A program made the translations under genes and the position numbers. A stretch of 46,733 bases of DNA from a virus (taxonomy: Duplodnaviria; Heunggongvirae; Uroviricota; Caudoviricetes). The DNA lies in the IMG/VR virus record IMGVR_UViG_3300006139_000008; one strand, 5' to 3'. The stretch's first letter is position 1. Each line of letters begins with the position of its first letter. Shown piece after piece: positions 38,096 to 46,733 of the stretch. The notes beneath the pieces are model-generated. The model saw nothing but the letters and a program-made list of their open reading frames with translations. It was not told where the DNA came from and ran no database searches.

Positions 38096-38334
38096 TTAAA
38101 CTAATTAAAAACTGGTATACAACAAAGAAAATCAAAGCACAGTTAAAAGCAGAGTTTTATGGCATCATTGGAACGCTTATTCACGAAAAAGAAAATATTA
38201 AAGAACTAATTGAAAATACATATGATGTACTGAAAGATACACCTAAAGAGGAATTGCAGCAGAAATTGATTGAACAGATTGCGTTACTGGTACATGAGAC
38301 GAATCAGAAAGACAGAGACACAATTGATGATTAA
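38092..38334 (+). CDS. Hypothetical protein (80 aa)
   Basis: AAAGGA SD; overlaps previous stop. Confidence 0.65.
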   Translation: MIKLIKNWYTTKKIKAQLKAEFYGIIGTLIHEKENIKELIENTYDVLKDTPKEELQQKLIEQIALLVHETNQKDRDTIDD

Positions 38335-38367
38335 ATATATCTTTTATTAAAGTTGGAGGAAAATAGT

Positions 38368-38571
38368 ATGTATGAAAATTCAGTAATAAAAGAAATACCA
38401 GCAGAAGATACTATAACTCAAAACAATGGTTACAACATCAAGAAAGAATTCATAAACATCTTATCTGAAAATAAATTTTCAATTTCTCAGACAAGATGTT
38501 TATTTAATAGCATTTTGGAACAATTTGAAAGATACATGCCAGTAACAAATCATAAAAACAGACAAAACTAG
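38368..38571 (+). CDS. Hypothetical protein
   Basis: GGAGG SD before ATG 38368. Confidence 0.6.
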   Translation: MYENSVIKEIPAEDTITQNNGYNIKKEFINILSENKFSISQTRCLFNSILEQFERYMPVTNHKNRQN

Positions 38572-38579
38572 TAAAGATT

Positions 38580-38753
38580 TTATAATGTTTCATTTTGTAT
38601 AATTGCGTCATAAAATTGTTTGTTTATATTGGCAAATTCATCTACCATTTTAGGAATATTAGACAGTGACGGATCATTTAAAACATTCCTATTAATTTCA
38701 ATGTACTTAATTGTCAATTCATGTGCTAAATTTTTTGCTTGCGATGTACTCAT
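38580..38753 (-). CDS. Small antisense hypothetical protein (57 aa)
   Basis: Not in track. GGAGG SD; MSTSQAKNLAHELTIKYIEINR...QNETL*. Confidence 0.65.
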   Translation of the reverse strand: MSTSQAKNLAHELTIKYIEINRNVLNDPSLSNIPKMVDEFANINKQFYDAIIQNETL

Positions 38754-38898
38754 AATAATAATCCTCCATAAAAATATTTAACATTATGATAACATTATAA
38801 CAGTAAAAAGTAAACAATAATTGGGCTGACTATGATGAACGGTGAATGCAAGCTTTTTCTATTTTACTCTGTAAAAATTTTTGGAAAAGGAGAAATAT

Positions 38899-39318
38899 AT
38901 GGCAATTAAAACATATAAGGGATTATTTAAAGCCCTAAATAAGAATATAGATATTGCAGTTGAAAATACTTGTAACAGACTACTTGGTTCATTGCAGGAA
39001 ATTATAGAGACAGAGTTCTATGATACGTTTGAACCAGACTATTATCCCAGAACGTTTAGTTTTTGGAGGTCGGCTATTTCAAGAATGGTAGGGAAAACTC
39101 GTGGACAAATTTTTATGGATGAAAGCAAGATGGACTATAACGAGTTCTGGACAGGGGAACGACAAATATTAGCTGCATCAATCGGTAGCCATGGAGGAAT
39201 CATTACGAATGAAACAAGAGAACACAGATTTTGGGAAGTATTTGAAGAGTTTTGTGAAGAAAACTTAATAGGCATTTTTAAAGAAGAGTTAGGGAAACAA
39301 GGAATTAAAGTAAAATAA
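38899..39318 (+). CDS. Hypothetical tail-module protein
   Basis: AAGGAG SD before ATG 38899; precedes tape measure; YYPRTF motif. Confidence 0.55.
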   Translation: MAIKTYKGLFKALNKNIDIAVENTCNRLLGSLQEIIETEFYDTFEPDYYPRTFSFWRSAISRMVGKTRGQIFMDESKMDYNEFWTGERQILAASIGSHGGIITNETREHRFWEVFEEFCEENLIGIFKEELGKQGIKVK

Positions 39319-39377
39319 CAAAGGATTAATATTCTTATAACAAAAATATATTTTTTTAAAGAAAGTGGAATTCAGAA

Positions 39378-39569
39378 ATGATAATAAAAAATAGGAACAA
39401 ATTTTTAAAAAAGAATTATACTGACTCCAAAGTAGATAATATATCTATTGATATAGAAACTAATTTAGGATTGGTCATGAAAGATGATTGCATAAAAAAA
39501 GTTCTTAATAAAATAGAGACTGAAACAGAAGGTATCCCTCATGTAAATATTACTTTTCATATCTCATGA
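39378..39569 (+). CDS. Hypothetical protein (63 aa)
   Basis: ORF with weak SD; convergent with the next ORF. Confidence 0.45.
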   Translation: MIIKNRNKFLKKNYTDSKVDNISIDIETNLGLVMKDDCIKKVLNKIETETEGIPHVNITFHIS

Positions 39570-39581
39570 GGGATTTTGTAA

Positions 39582-39812
39582 TCAATAACAGACTTTTGAT
39601 ACCTCAAATGTACCTATAACAGATGAATCTATAGAATAATTTCCACTATCCGAAAGAAGTTGGTAATTATAATTAGTTGGGAAGTGATGGGATAATATTT
39701 CTTCACCAGTAACTATTGTCTCTGACATCTCGTTTGAGTATTTGATGGTATGGATACGTTCGTAAACAGAAATAAGTTTTTTAGATTTGTTATAAATAGA
39801 AACTTTATACAT
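39582..39812 (-). CDS. Antisense hypothetical protein (76 aa)
   Basis: AGGAG SD on the minus strand. Confidence 0.6.
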   Translation of the reverse strand: MYKVSIYNKSKKLISVYERIHTIKYSNEMSETIVTGEEILSHHFPTNYNYQLLSDSGNYSIDSSVIGTFEVSKVCY

Positions 39813-39998
39813 ATTGGTATCTCCTATCTTTTATTTTTTTTGTTTTAAATTTAGTATAGAAGAAAATATATAGATAGTCAATATGGATTTTATAATGTAT
39901 ATCATCTTAAAATAGAAAAATTATATTCACAAAATCTACTACCGCCCTTTTGTTGGCGGTTATTTTATGCTCAAAATAAAAGGAGGTAATTAAGATAT

Positions 39999-42900
39999 AT
40001 GGATGAGTTTTTAATAGAGCTTCAAGCGAAACTGGATGAAGCAAAATCAAAAGGCAATATCAATTCTGATATGGGAACACTCCAGGGACAAATTGATAAA
40101 TTAAAAATACAGGCAGAAATTGATCCAAAAACTGCACAAAAATTAGCCAGTGACATTGAGAAATTAGTCAATCAGAAAATTATTATTTCCAATATTGAAG
40201 TTGATACGACACAAACTGTCAAATCTGCGCAAAAGACTGGCCAGCAAATTGGGGAAGCCATATCTGATGCTGCTAGTAAAGCCATTAATAATGTCAGTTC
40301 AAAAAATATTGGGAAATATTTCAAAGTCAGTCCATCAGATTCAAAGCAATTCCAAAATGAGATGGAAAAACTTGTCAATGGATGGACAAATGGGAAAGGC
40401 AAAGTAAAAGATATAAACATCCAGACCCGTACATCTTATGACGAAAAATCTGGTCAAAATGTTGAAAGGATACATCAGGCACTTGTAACTTATGAAAACG
40501 AGTTAAATGAAGTGGTTAAAAAAACTATTGCTTGGAGACAAATTGGGACTAAAACTAATAACAATGGTGAAGAAGAAGCCCTTCATGGTTTTGTAGAAGT
40601 TGCTGGGCAATATTCTAAATCACTTGATACTGTTACTGCAAAAACAGATAATTTTGCAAAGAAGCAAAAAGAAACAATTGCTAACATGCAAAACACTATT
40701 AAGCAAATTGAATCAGGTGCTTATGATAAAAATTCTTCAAGGCCAATCACATCAGATGATTCGTTAAATAGGCTCGATACACAGGTGGCTTATGTAGAAA
40801 ATGCAATGTATGACCTCAAACATGCAACTGCTGAAACTTTTGATGATGCAAGGATTAGAGTACAGAATGAAATATCTGACCTTAAAATTTTAACAAAGGA
40901 ATTGAGAAATTCTGACAATGTATCAACAAAAATGAAAGGAACCGATTTATCGTCTGGACTATCAATTGCTAAAAATGATTTAGAAAAATTTAAGTCGGAT
41001 GCAAAAGATTTCCCTCAGATAACCCAGACTATAAAAGATTTAGATTCTGCTATTTCCAATGTAGGTGATACTGCATCTTTAAATACCTTCAATGACCAGC
41101 TCCGTGTTGCCAGATCTGAATTAGCAAAAATCAAATCTGAAACAACTGCGGCTAACCGAGAGGAAAAAGTTGGCATTAACATTTCTGGACTACAATCTAA
41201 AATAGCTGATTTGCAGAGAATCAGTCCAGAAATCGAAAAATTTAAGGCTGAAATAAATGGTGCTGAAGTAACCGTCCAAACTTTGTATTCTGATTTAGAA
41301 AAAGTAAATACACAAAGCGATTTCGGCGTTATAAATTCAAAATGGAAAGCATTTACTGATGCTGCAAAATCTGCTGGCATTGCTGTCACTGAGGTTGGTG
41401 ATAAGTATGATACATTTTCAAAGCAGTTAAAAAAAATACATACTGATATCGAAAATAAAACAATTGATAGAAATATATCAGATATAACTAAACAGTTCAA
41501 GCAGATTTCAAATGCTACAGATGAATTGAAGTCAGATTTTAATGAACTTATCAGGCTTCATGATGAGCTAAGTAAACCACAAACAAATGAAAAATTAATA
41601 CAAAATTATAATAAATTAAATGAAACTCTTTTGAGAGTAAAAAATACAATGGGTATTCTGAAAAATGAAAGTAAAGATATTTCAGAGCCAATTGATACCT
41701 TTGCAAGTCAAAAGAAAATAAACGGATTAGCTAATCGTGTATTGTCCTTTAAAGATAATAACTCAGCAATGTCACATTCTTTAAGTAATTCTCTGGATGA
41801 GATGTATAAACATCTAATAAGCGGAGTAAAAATTACCCAAAAAGAATTTGATAATTTAGAATCAAAATTTTCTAATATCAAATTGGAAACAAGGGAATCT
41901 GGTAAAATGGGCAAATCCTTTATTGGAAGACTCAAGGACGATATTAGCAATTTTATGTCATGGGGATTTGCAACTGGATTAGCTGGACAAGGCATACAAA
42001 CTGCAAGAAAAATGGTAAGCGAAGTATATAATGTAGATACTGCTATGACCAACCTATATAAGGTAACTGATGAAACAAAGAATAAATATAATGAATTCCT
42101 GACTTCTTCCAGTTCAAATGCGCAAGAATTGGGACGTACCGTGTCAAGCCTCGTCGAGCAATCTGCAAATTGGGCAAAGCTTGGATATACAATTGACGAA
42201 AGTAAAACTCTATCAAAAACATCAAGTATATATGCAAATGTAGGAGAAATTGATGATAATACAGCCGTAGCAGATATTGTCACTGCTATGAAAGCATATA
42301 ATATAAAAGCTGAAGAAGCAATTAAGATAGTTGACTCATATAACAAGCTAGGTAATGAATTTGCAACCGATGCAAAATCTTTGGGAGATGGGATTTCTAA
42401 CGCTGCCTCTTCCCTTGCAACTGCTGGTAATGACATGAATCAATCCCTTGGTATGCTGACTGGTATGACCGAAATTATGCAGAATGCATCAGAAGCTGGA
42501 AATGCCCTTAAAATTCTTAGCATGCGTTTGAGGGGTTATGATGAAGAGACAGAAAGTTATACTAATGACATAGAAATATTAACAGGTAATATTGCAGACC
42601 TAACTAAAACAGCAAAAACACCAGGCGGAATTAGTATCTTTTCTGATAAAGATAAACAAACTTATAAATCAACCTATCAGATTATGAAAGAAGTCTCAGA
42701 AATATGGGATGACCTTACTGATAAAAACCGTGCCCAACTGACAGAAGTCCTAGCAGGAAAACAAAGAGGTAATGCAATTTCAGCTTTAATACAGGCATTC
42801 CAATCAGGACAAGTTGAAAAAGCATTCAATGCATCTAAAAATGCAGCAGGTTCAGCAATGCAGGAGCAGGAACGGTGGATGGAATCATTGGAAGCAAAAA

Positions 42901-43142
42901 CACAACAGTTCCAAGCGGCATTCCAGACATTATCAAACACCGTTATTAATTCTGATTTACTGAAATTCTTTGTTGATTTAGGAACTGGTGCAGTTAATGC
43001 ATTAGATGGAATTATTGGAAAATTTAATAGCATAAGTGCACTTGCTACAGGCGGCAATAGTATATTTGGAACTATTGGAGCTTTAAGTGGACTTTTAATG
43101 AATGTAAAAGGTATTGGTGAACGTTTCGCGTTTCAGTGGTAA
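39999..43142 (+). CDS. Tape measure protein, TP901-type core; probably only exon 1 (to ~43118)
   Basis: Long helical protein with core (VDTAMTNLYKVT...WAKLGY...YNKLGNEFA...GNALKILSMRLRG...LAGKQRGN); ends in a hydrophobic stretch that runs into the intron-like sequence. Confidence 0.85.
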   Translation: MDEFLIELQAKLDEAKSKGNINSDMGTLQGQIDKLKIQAEIDPKTAQKLASDIEKLVNQKIIISNIEVDTTQTVKSAQKTGQQIGEAISDAASKAINNVSSKNIGKYFKVSPSDSKQFQNEMEKLVNGWTNGKGKVKDINIQTRTSYDEKSGQNVERIHQALVTYENELNEVVKKTIAWRQIGTKTNNNGEEEALHGFVEVAGQYSKSLDTVTAKTDNFAKKQKETIANMQNTIKQIESGAYDKNSSRPITSDDSLNRLDTQVAYVENAMYDLKHATAETFDDARIRVQNEISDLKILTKELRNSDNVSTKMKGTDLSSGLSIAKNDLEKFKSDAKDFPQITQTIKDLDSAISNVGDTASLNTFNDQLRVARSELAKIKSETTAANREEKVGINISGLQSKIADLQRISPEIEKFKAEINGAEVTVQTLYSDLEKVNTQSDFGVINSKWKAFTDAAKSAGIAVTEVGDKYDTFSKQLKKIHTDIENKTIDRNISDITKQFKQISNATDELKSDFNELIRLHDELSKPQTNEKLIQNYNKLNETLLRVKNTMGILKNESKDISEPIDTFASQKKINGLANRVLSFKDNNSAMSHSLSNSLDEMYKHLISGVKITQKEFDNLESKFSNIKLETRESGKMGKSFIGRLKDDISNFMSWGFATGLAGQGIQTARKMVSEVYNVDTAMTNLYKVTDETKNKYNEFLTSSSSNAQELGRTVSSLVEQSANWAKLGYTIDESKTLSKTSSIYANVGEIDDNTAVADIVTAMKAYNIKAEEAIKIVDSYNKLGNEFATDAKSLGDGISNAASSLATAGNDMNQSLGMLTGMTEIMQNASEAGNALKILSMRLRGYDEETESYTNDIEILTGNIADLTKTAKTPGGISIFSDKDKQTYKSTYQIMKEVSEIWDDLTDKNRAQLTEVLAGKQRGNAISALIQAFQSGQVEKAFNASKNAAGSAMQEQERWMESLEAKTQQFQAAFQTLSNTVINSDLLKFFVDLGTGAVNALDGIIGKFNSISALATGGNSIFGTIGALSGLLMNVKGIGERFAFQW

Positions 43143-43627
43143 ACGTATTGCGCCCACCCCTCTAAGATTACATAATAATGCCATGTAATTAACAGACGGG
43201 AGCATCAACCACTATAAATAAGATGGATACCTATAATTGAAATAAATTATAAAAACCGAATATGCTGGGAACCCTAAAGACTATATGAAACCCAAAACGG
43301 AACTGGAAACGGTAAACGGAAATGGTGTCGAAAGACGGAAAAGAACTCATATAGTATTCATATGGTGAGAACCTAAGTGTGTTTTATGCTTTTATACTTA
43401 CATGGACTTCTGATTTTATCTTTAATGATAACTTCCATGAAGTATTAAAAGGAATGGGTGATCTATAGGTAAACATGAAATAGTCATTTTATGTTGAAAG
43501 CAGGGAGATAGCTAAGTTGATTCTATACATCAATATGTTATTACCCCCAGAGACTGACAAGGTTTGGCTACATACAGGCGTAATTGTATGTGGCTGTGAT
43601 ATACAGTCCGCCCCTCGCGAAAGTGAG
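43119..43627 (+). ncRNA. Group I intron catalytic core (3' boundary not identified)
   Basis: P3 AAACC 43253-57 / GGTTT 43561-65; P TATGCTGGGA 43261-70; Q AAGCAGGG 43498-505; R CAGAGACTGAC 43548-58; S GTGATATACAGTCC 43596-609 (P7 GACTG/CAGTC); P8 43566-95; P9 CTCGC-GAAA-GTGAG. Confidence 0.85.
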
Positions 43628-43753
43628 AAGATTAAAATATGTTTCTATAAATAAAACAAATTTATTATGCTTTCAAAAAGTATTGAAATATTTTTATCCA
43701 TACTATATACTATATATCAATAAATACCAATTATATTATGGGAGGATAAAAAT

Positions 43754-43945
43754 ATGTCCGATAAACGAAATAATACGTTATTTAACATTGAAAATCCATC
43801 TATCGAAATTAATAATAACGGTACAATATATGAATCGTATCAAGAACGTCCACATGTAAATGCTTCAATAGAATCCAGTGGAACAACCCCTATTGATATA
43901 ACATTAATGACAGGGAACGGTAGCAATAACGAGGAAGGTGAATAA
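43754..43945 (+). CDS. Hypothetical protein (63 aa), cargo
   Basis: GGGAGG SD; overlaps the next ORF. Confidence 0.6.
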   Translation: MSDKRNNTLFNIENPSIEINNNGTIYESYQERPHVNASIESSGTTPIDITLMTGNGSNNEEGE

Positions 43946-44540
43946 TATAAAAGAATTTACGAATGTATTAGATAATTTACCACTAATACTGCAATACATA
44001 ATACCTGGTTATCTAACAATCAAATGCTTTGAATTTACATTATCAAAAAAAATTGACACAAAAAATCTGCTAATTTTTAGCTGTGCAATCAGTTACTGTT
44101 TTCTTTCCCTAATATCATTACTAAGAATAAAATGGCTAAAAACTATTCCAAATACTCCATTTATTAATTCAGCATTATCTATTATACTTGGTATAGTTGT
44201 TGTAAGTATTATCGCTATGTTGTCACAGAGGAAATGGTTTAAAAAATTAACTGTAAAACTATTTCACAAAACTTTAAATGACGATATCTGGCGTGATGTT
44301 CTTGATTTAGAAAATGGTTCTAATTTAAAAGTATATTTAAAGGACAAGGATTATTATTTGATCGGACATCATAAAAACCATGAGGAGAAAGGAAATGATT
44401 CTTGGCTTGCATTAAGTGGGTTTGCTAAATTTGATAAAGAAACAAATAAAAACTATAAAAGTGAGCCAAGCTACATAAACAATGAGAAAATTGTTATTAC
44501 TGTAAGATTTTCTGATATTGAACATATTGAAATATTTTAA
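43938..44540 (+). CDS. Membrane protein (~3 TM plus soluble C-terminal domain, DUF6338-like), cargo
   Basis: Hydrophobic N-half (IIPGY...); soluble beta-rich C-half; GGAAGGTGA SD. Confidence 0.65.
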   Translation: MNNIKEFTNVLDNLPLILQYIIPGYLTIKCFEFTLSKKIDTKNLLIFSCAISYCFLSLISLLRIKWLKTIPNTPFINSALSIILGIVVVSIIAMLSQRKWFKKLTVKLFHKTLNDDIWRDVLDLENGSNLKVYLKDKDYYLIGHHKNHEEKGNDSWLALSGFAKFDKETNKNYKSEPSYINNEKIVITVRFSDIEHIEIF

Positions 44541-44736
44541 CTGAATTATTTGGAGGAAATATAGATCAGAGACATAATAACAATGAAAAGATACAAAAAT
44601 AAACCAAAAAGTCCAATATTGGTTTAAAGAGGAAGTTATAAAGAATAGATGGGATAACGTAAGGTTTTCTGGAGGTCAATATATTTTAGAAAACGAGTTA
44701 AAAAAATAATTACATAAAAATAACCCTAAAGTAATT

Positions 44737-44877
44737 GACACAATCATATCTTTATGTAATAATGACTATAGACAGCAAGTAAGGGATGCTATCCGTAAAG
44801 CAAGCGGTTAGTCCCAAATTAATTTGATAATCAAAGATTATAACCGCTTAGTTTGGTAGACTGGGGCGGTTATTTTC
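44737..44877 (+). ncRNA. Putative type I antitoxin RNA with its promoter and terminator
   Basis: TTGACA 44737-42 then TAATAAT; ends in hairpin ATAACCGC...GCGGTTAT plus TTT, overlapping the toxin 3' end in antisense. Confidence 0.6.
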
Positions 44878-44953
44878 GTTTGCCAATCTGAAAGAACAAA
44901 TTAGCGATTGCACATATCACAAGTATTAACTGAAAAGTTTCACTAATAGACAT
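44870..44953 (-). CDS. Type I toxin-like hydrophobic peptide (27 aa)
   Basis: Not in track. AAAGGAGGGG SD; MSISETFQLILVICAIANLFFQIGKRK (one TM plus basic tail); minus-strand TTGACA/TACAAT promoter at about 45102-45080. Confidence 0.8.
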   Translation of the reverse strand: MSISETFQLILVICAIANLFFQIGKRK

Positions 44954-45255
44954 AACTGCAATCCCCTCCTTTACTACAATATTTCTTCCAGAGAAGATTA
45001 TTTATGTAAACAGAGGGTACCAGTCCCTCTGAGAGAAGGACTAACCGCCTACCGCTTTGGATAGCACCTCAATCATTGTAACATACTGTAGAATTATGTC
45101 AATCTTTATTAAATATTGGCGTAATAAATGTTCAAAGTTATTCTCCTACCCTTTTTATACTATTTTTCAATAATTTTCCTATAAATCATTGACATTTTCC
45201 ATATCTTGTACTACCATCAAATTAACTAAAATTTACCAAAATGGAGGTACAGAAT

Positions 45256-46227
45256 ATGGAATTTACCTGCCGCACAAGGACACTTCAGGCACTATACAAA
45301 GGCATCACTAAATCTTCAAAGATACTACTCTCCCATGAACTGCAAAGAAAAGAAGGGGCGTGGAATGCAAAACAGAAGTCAGACTTAATTGACAGTTTGC
45401 TACGGAACTACCCTATCAATCCTACCTATGGGGTAAAAGAGAATGGGATTCTTGCTATTATTGATGGCGTGCAGAGGCTTTCTACAATTAGGGATTTCCT
45501 TGATTCTAAATTTGCCTTATCCAAAACCTTAAAGCCGGTAGTAATTAACGGTGAAGAAAAGAACATAGCTGGGTTACGTTTTAAAAAGATGGATGACGAT
45601 ACGCAAGAGGCACTCCGCAATTCTGAATTGCAGATATATGAAATCACAGAATATACCGATGAAGATGTCCGCGAAATGTTCAGACGGCAAAATGCAGGGA
45701 CTGCATTAAAACCGTCACAGAAATTGACAAGTTCACAGAGCAAAGAACTGACCCACCTTCTATTTGAATTGTCATCATACCCATTCATCCAAAAAGTGCT
45801 GACACCTATACAGATCAAAAAAGATGTAGACCGTGACATATGCCGTGAAGTATTGATGTTATCAGAAGCATCAAAGGATAACCCTATTACTTCTTTTAGG
45901 GCAAAAGACATGGATGAATTCGTTTCAAACTATGAAATTGACGAAGGGAAAGTCGAAAACATTAAAGCTGCATTAGATAAACTTGATGAATCATTTGACG
46001 AAAATACTAAAATCCCTAAAACATCCATCAGCTTTATAATTTATGCAATGATGAGGGCAATTAAAGATAAAAAATCCACCCAGAAACTGGTGGACATAAT
46101 CCATAATTTCCTTGCCAATTATGATTCAAATGATGAATATAAACAATTCTGTGTACAGGGGACAAGCAATAATGTGAATGTAGTTGGACGACTAGATTAC
46201 TGGAGGGAAGTTGTAAAGACTTTATAA
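45256..46227 (+). CDS. DUF262 (ParB-like/GmrS N-terminal) domain protein
   Basis: LQRKEGAW...LIDSLLRNYPI...IIDGVQRLSTI motifs; GGAGGT SD before ATG 45256. Confidence 0.8.
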   Translation: MEFTCRTRTLQALYKGITKSSKILLSHELQRKEGAWNAKQKSDLIDSLLRNYPINPTYGVKENGILAIIDGVQRLSTIRDFLDSKFALSKTLKPVVINGEEKNIAGLRFKKMDDDTQEALRNSELQIYEITEYTDEDVREMFRRQNAGTALKPSQKLTSSQSKELTHLLFELSSYPFIQKVLTPIQIKKDVDRDICREVLMLSEASKDNPITSFRAKDMDEFVSNYEIDEGKVENIKAALDKLDESFDENTKIPKTSISFIIYAMMRAIKDKKSTQKLVDIIHNFLANYDSNDEYKQFCVQGTSNNVNVVGRLDYWREVVKTL

Positions 46228-46248
46228 TTTTTTAAATAATCATAATCC

Positions 46249-46289
46249 AAGGGGTACATGCGATATATTTATATTACATGTACCCCTTT
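46249..46289 (+). terminator. Terminator after DUF262 gene
   Basis: AAGGGGTACATG...CATGTACCCCTTTT. Confidence 0.75.
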
Positions 46290-46537
46290 TAGATTAAATG
46301 TGAACTATCTTCTGTATCCCAATACATCATCTTTTGTTCTTTTCACATATCATTTGTACCTCATTAATATACCACAGTTTCACAAATAAATCAACTATAA
46401 TTTATATTTAATTTCATTTATCTTATATATTTTAGTATATAATACTATAGCAAGTATTAATAATTACCAAAATTTACTTGTAGAAATATATCACTTAAAT
46501 TACTTATAATGAAAGAAAGTGGCTAAGGGTGATTTAA

Positions 46538-46733
46538 ATGGTTATAAATATTGCTGTATGTGATGATGAAGAATTTTACGCAAAGGAATTATGCAGTACA
46601 ATCAAAAAATACACAAAATGGGATGGACATTCGTATACACTACATATTTTTTCATCCGGCGAACAAACATCGGATGCAATAAGAAATGGACTTAAAGTGG
46701 ATATTCTTTTTATAGATATAAAACTGGATGACA
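46538..46733 (+). CDS. Response-regulator receiver domain (LytTR/AgrA-like), 3'-truncated by window
   Basis: MVINIAVCDDEEFY...VDILFIDIKLDD: acidic pocket and phosphoacceptor Asp; AAGGGTGA SD. Confidence 0.75.
   Translation, partial: MVINIAVCDDEEFYAKELCSTIKKYTKWDGHSYTLHIFSSGEQTSDAIRNGLKVDILFIDIKLDD

Noticed and set aside
16049-42436. Many antisense or alternate-frame track ORFs inside structural genes (e.g. 16049, 17079, 19376, 22606, 29926, 32186, 32780, 41015, 41708)
   Set aside because: Fully nested opposite well-supported genes, with the Ser/Phe/Leu-rich composition of reverse frames.
1-46733. CRISPR array, rRNA, IS transposase, prophage att site
   Set aside because: No regularly spaced repeats, rRNA-like sequence or transposase motifs seen; no att duplication identifiable within the window.

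Overview
This AT-rich window reads as the middle of a large SPbeta-like temperate siphophage or prophage. The host is inferred to be a Clostridia/Lachnospiraceae-like Firmicute, from composition, Shine-Dalgarno (SD) sites and sigmaA-type promoters. Order: small early genes and a Zn-dependent deaminase; a YonO-type single-subunit RNA polymerase; a ~620-nt end-paired ncRNA (ROOL-like) followed by two tRNAs; YonK-like, phosphoesterase, HU, Rha and tyrosine recombinase genes; an antisense TIR-domain defence island; tRNA-Pro; the head module (terminase, portal, protease/scaffold, decoration, capsid); a free-standing endonuclease insertion; neck and tail tube; lysis genes; three tail-fibre genes; RecU; a tape-measure ORF that runs into a group I intron core; then cargo (membrane protein, type I toxin-antitoxin pair, DUF262 protein, partial response regulator). 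Signals not shown by the ORF track: (1) perfect 36-bp inverted repeats making a 1.2-kb invertible cassette that would swap the tail-fibre C-terminus, with no adjacent invertase; (2) a group I intron core at the tape-measure end, followed by cargo and no visible second exon; (3) the large ncRNA; (4) a ThsB-like TIR plus multi-TM operon and a second TIR gene; (5) repeated AUA/AUU/AUC/CUG starts on core genes. All family assignments come from motif and synteny recognition by eye; no database searches were run.
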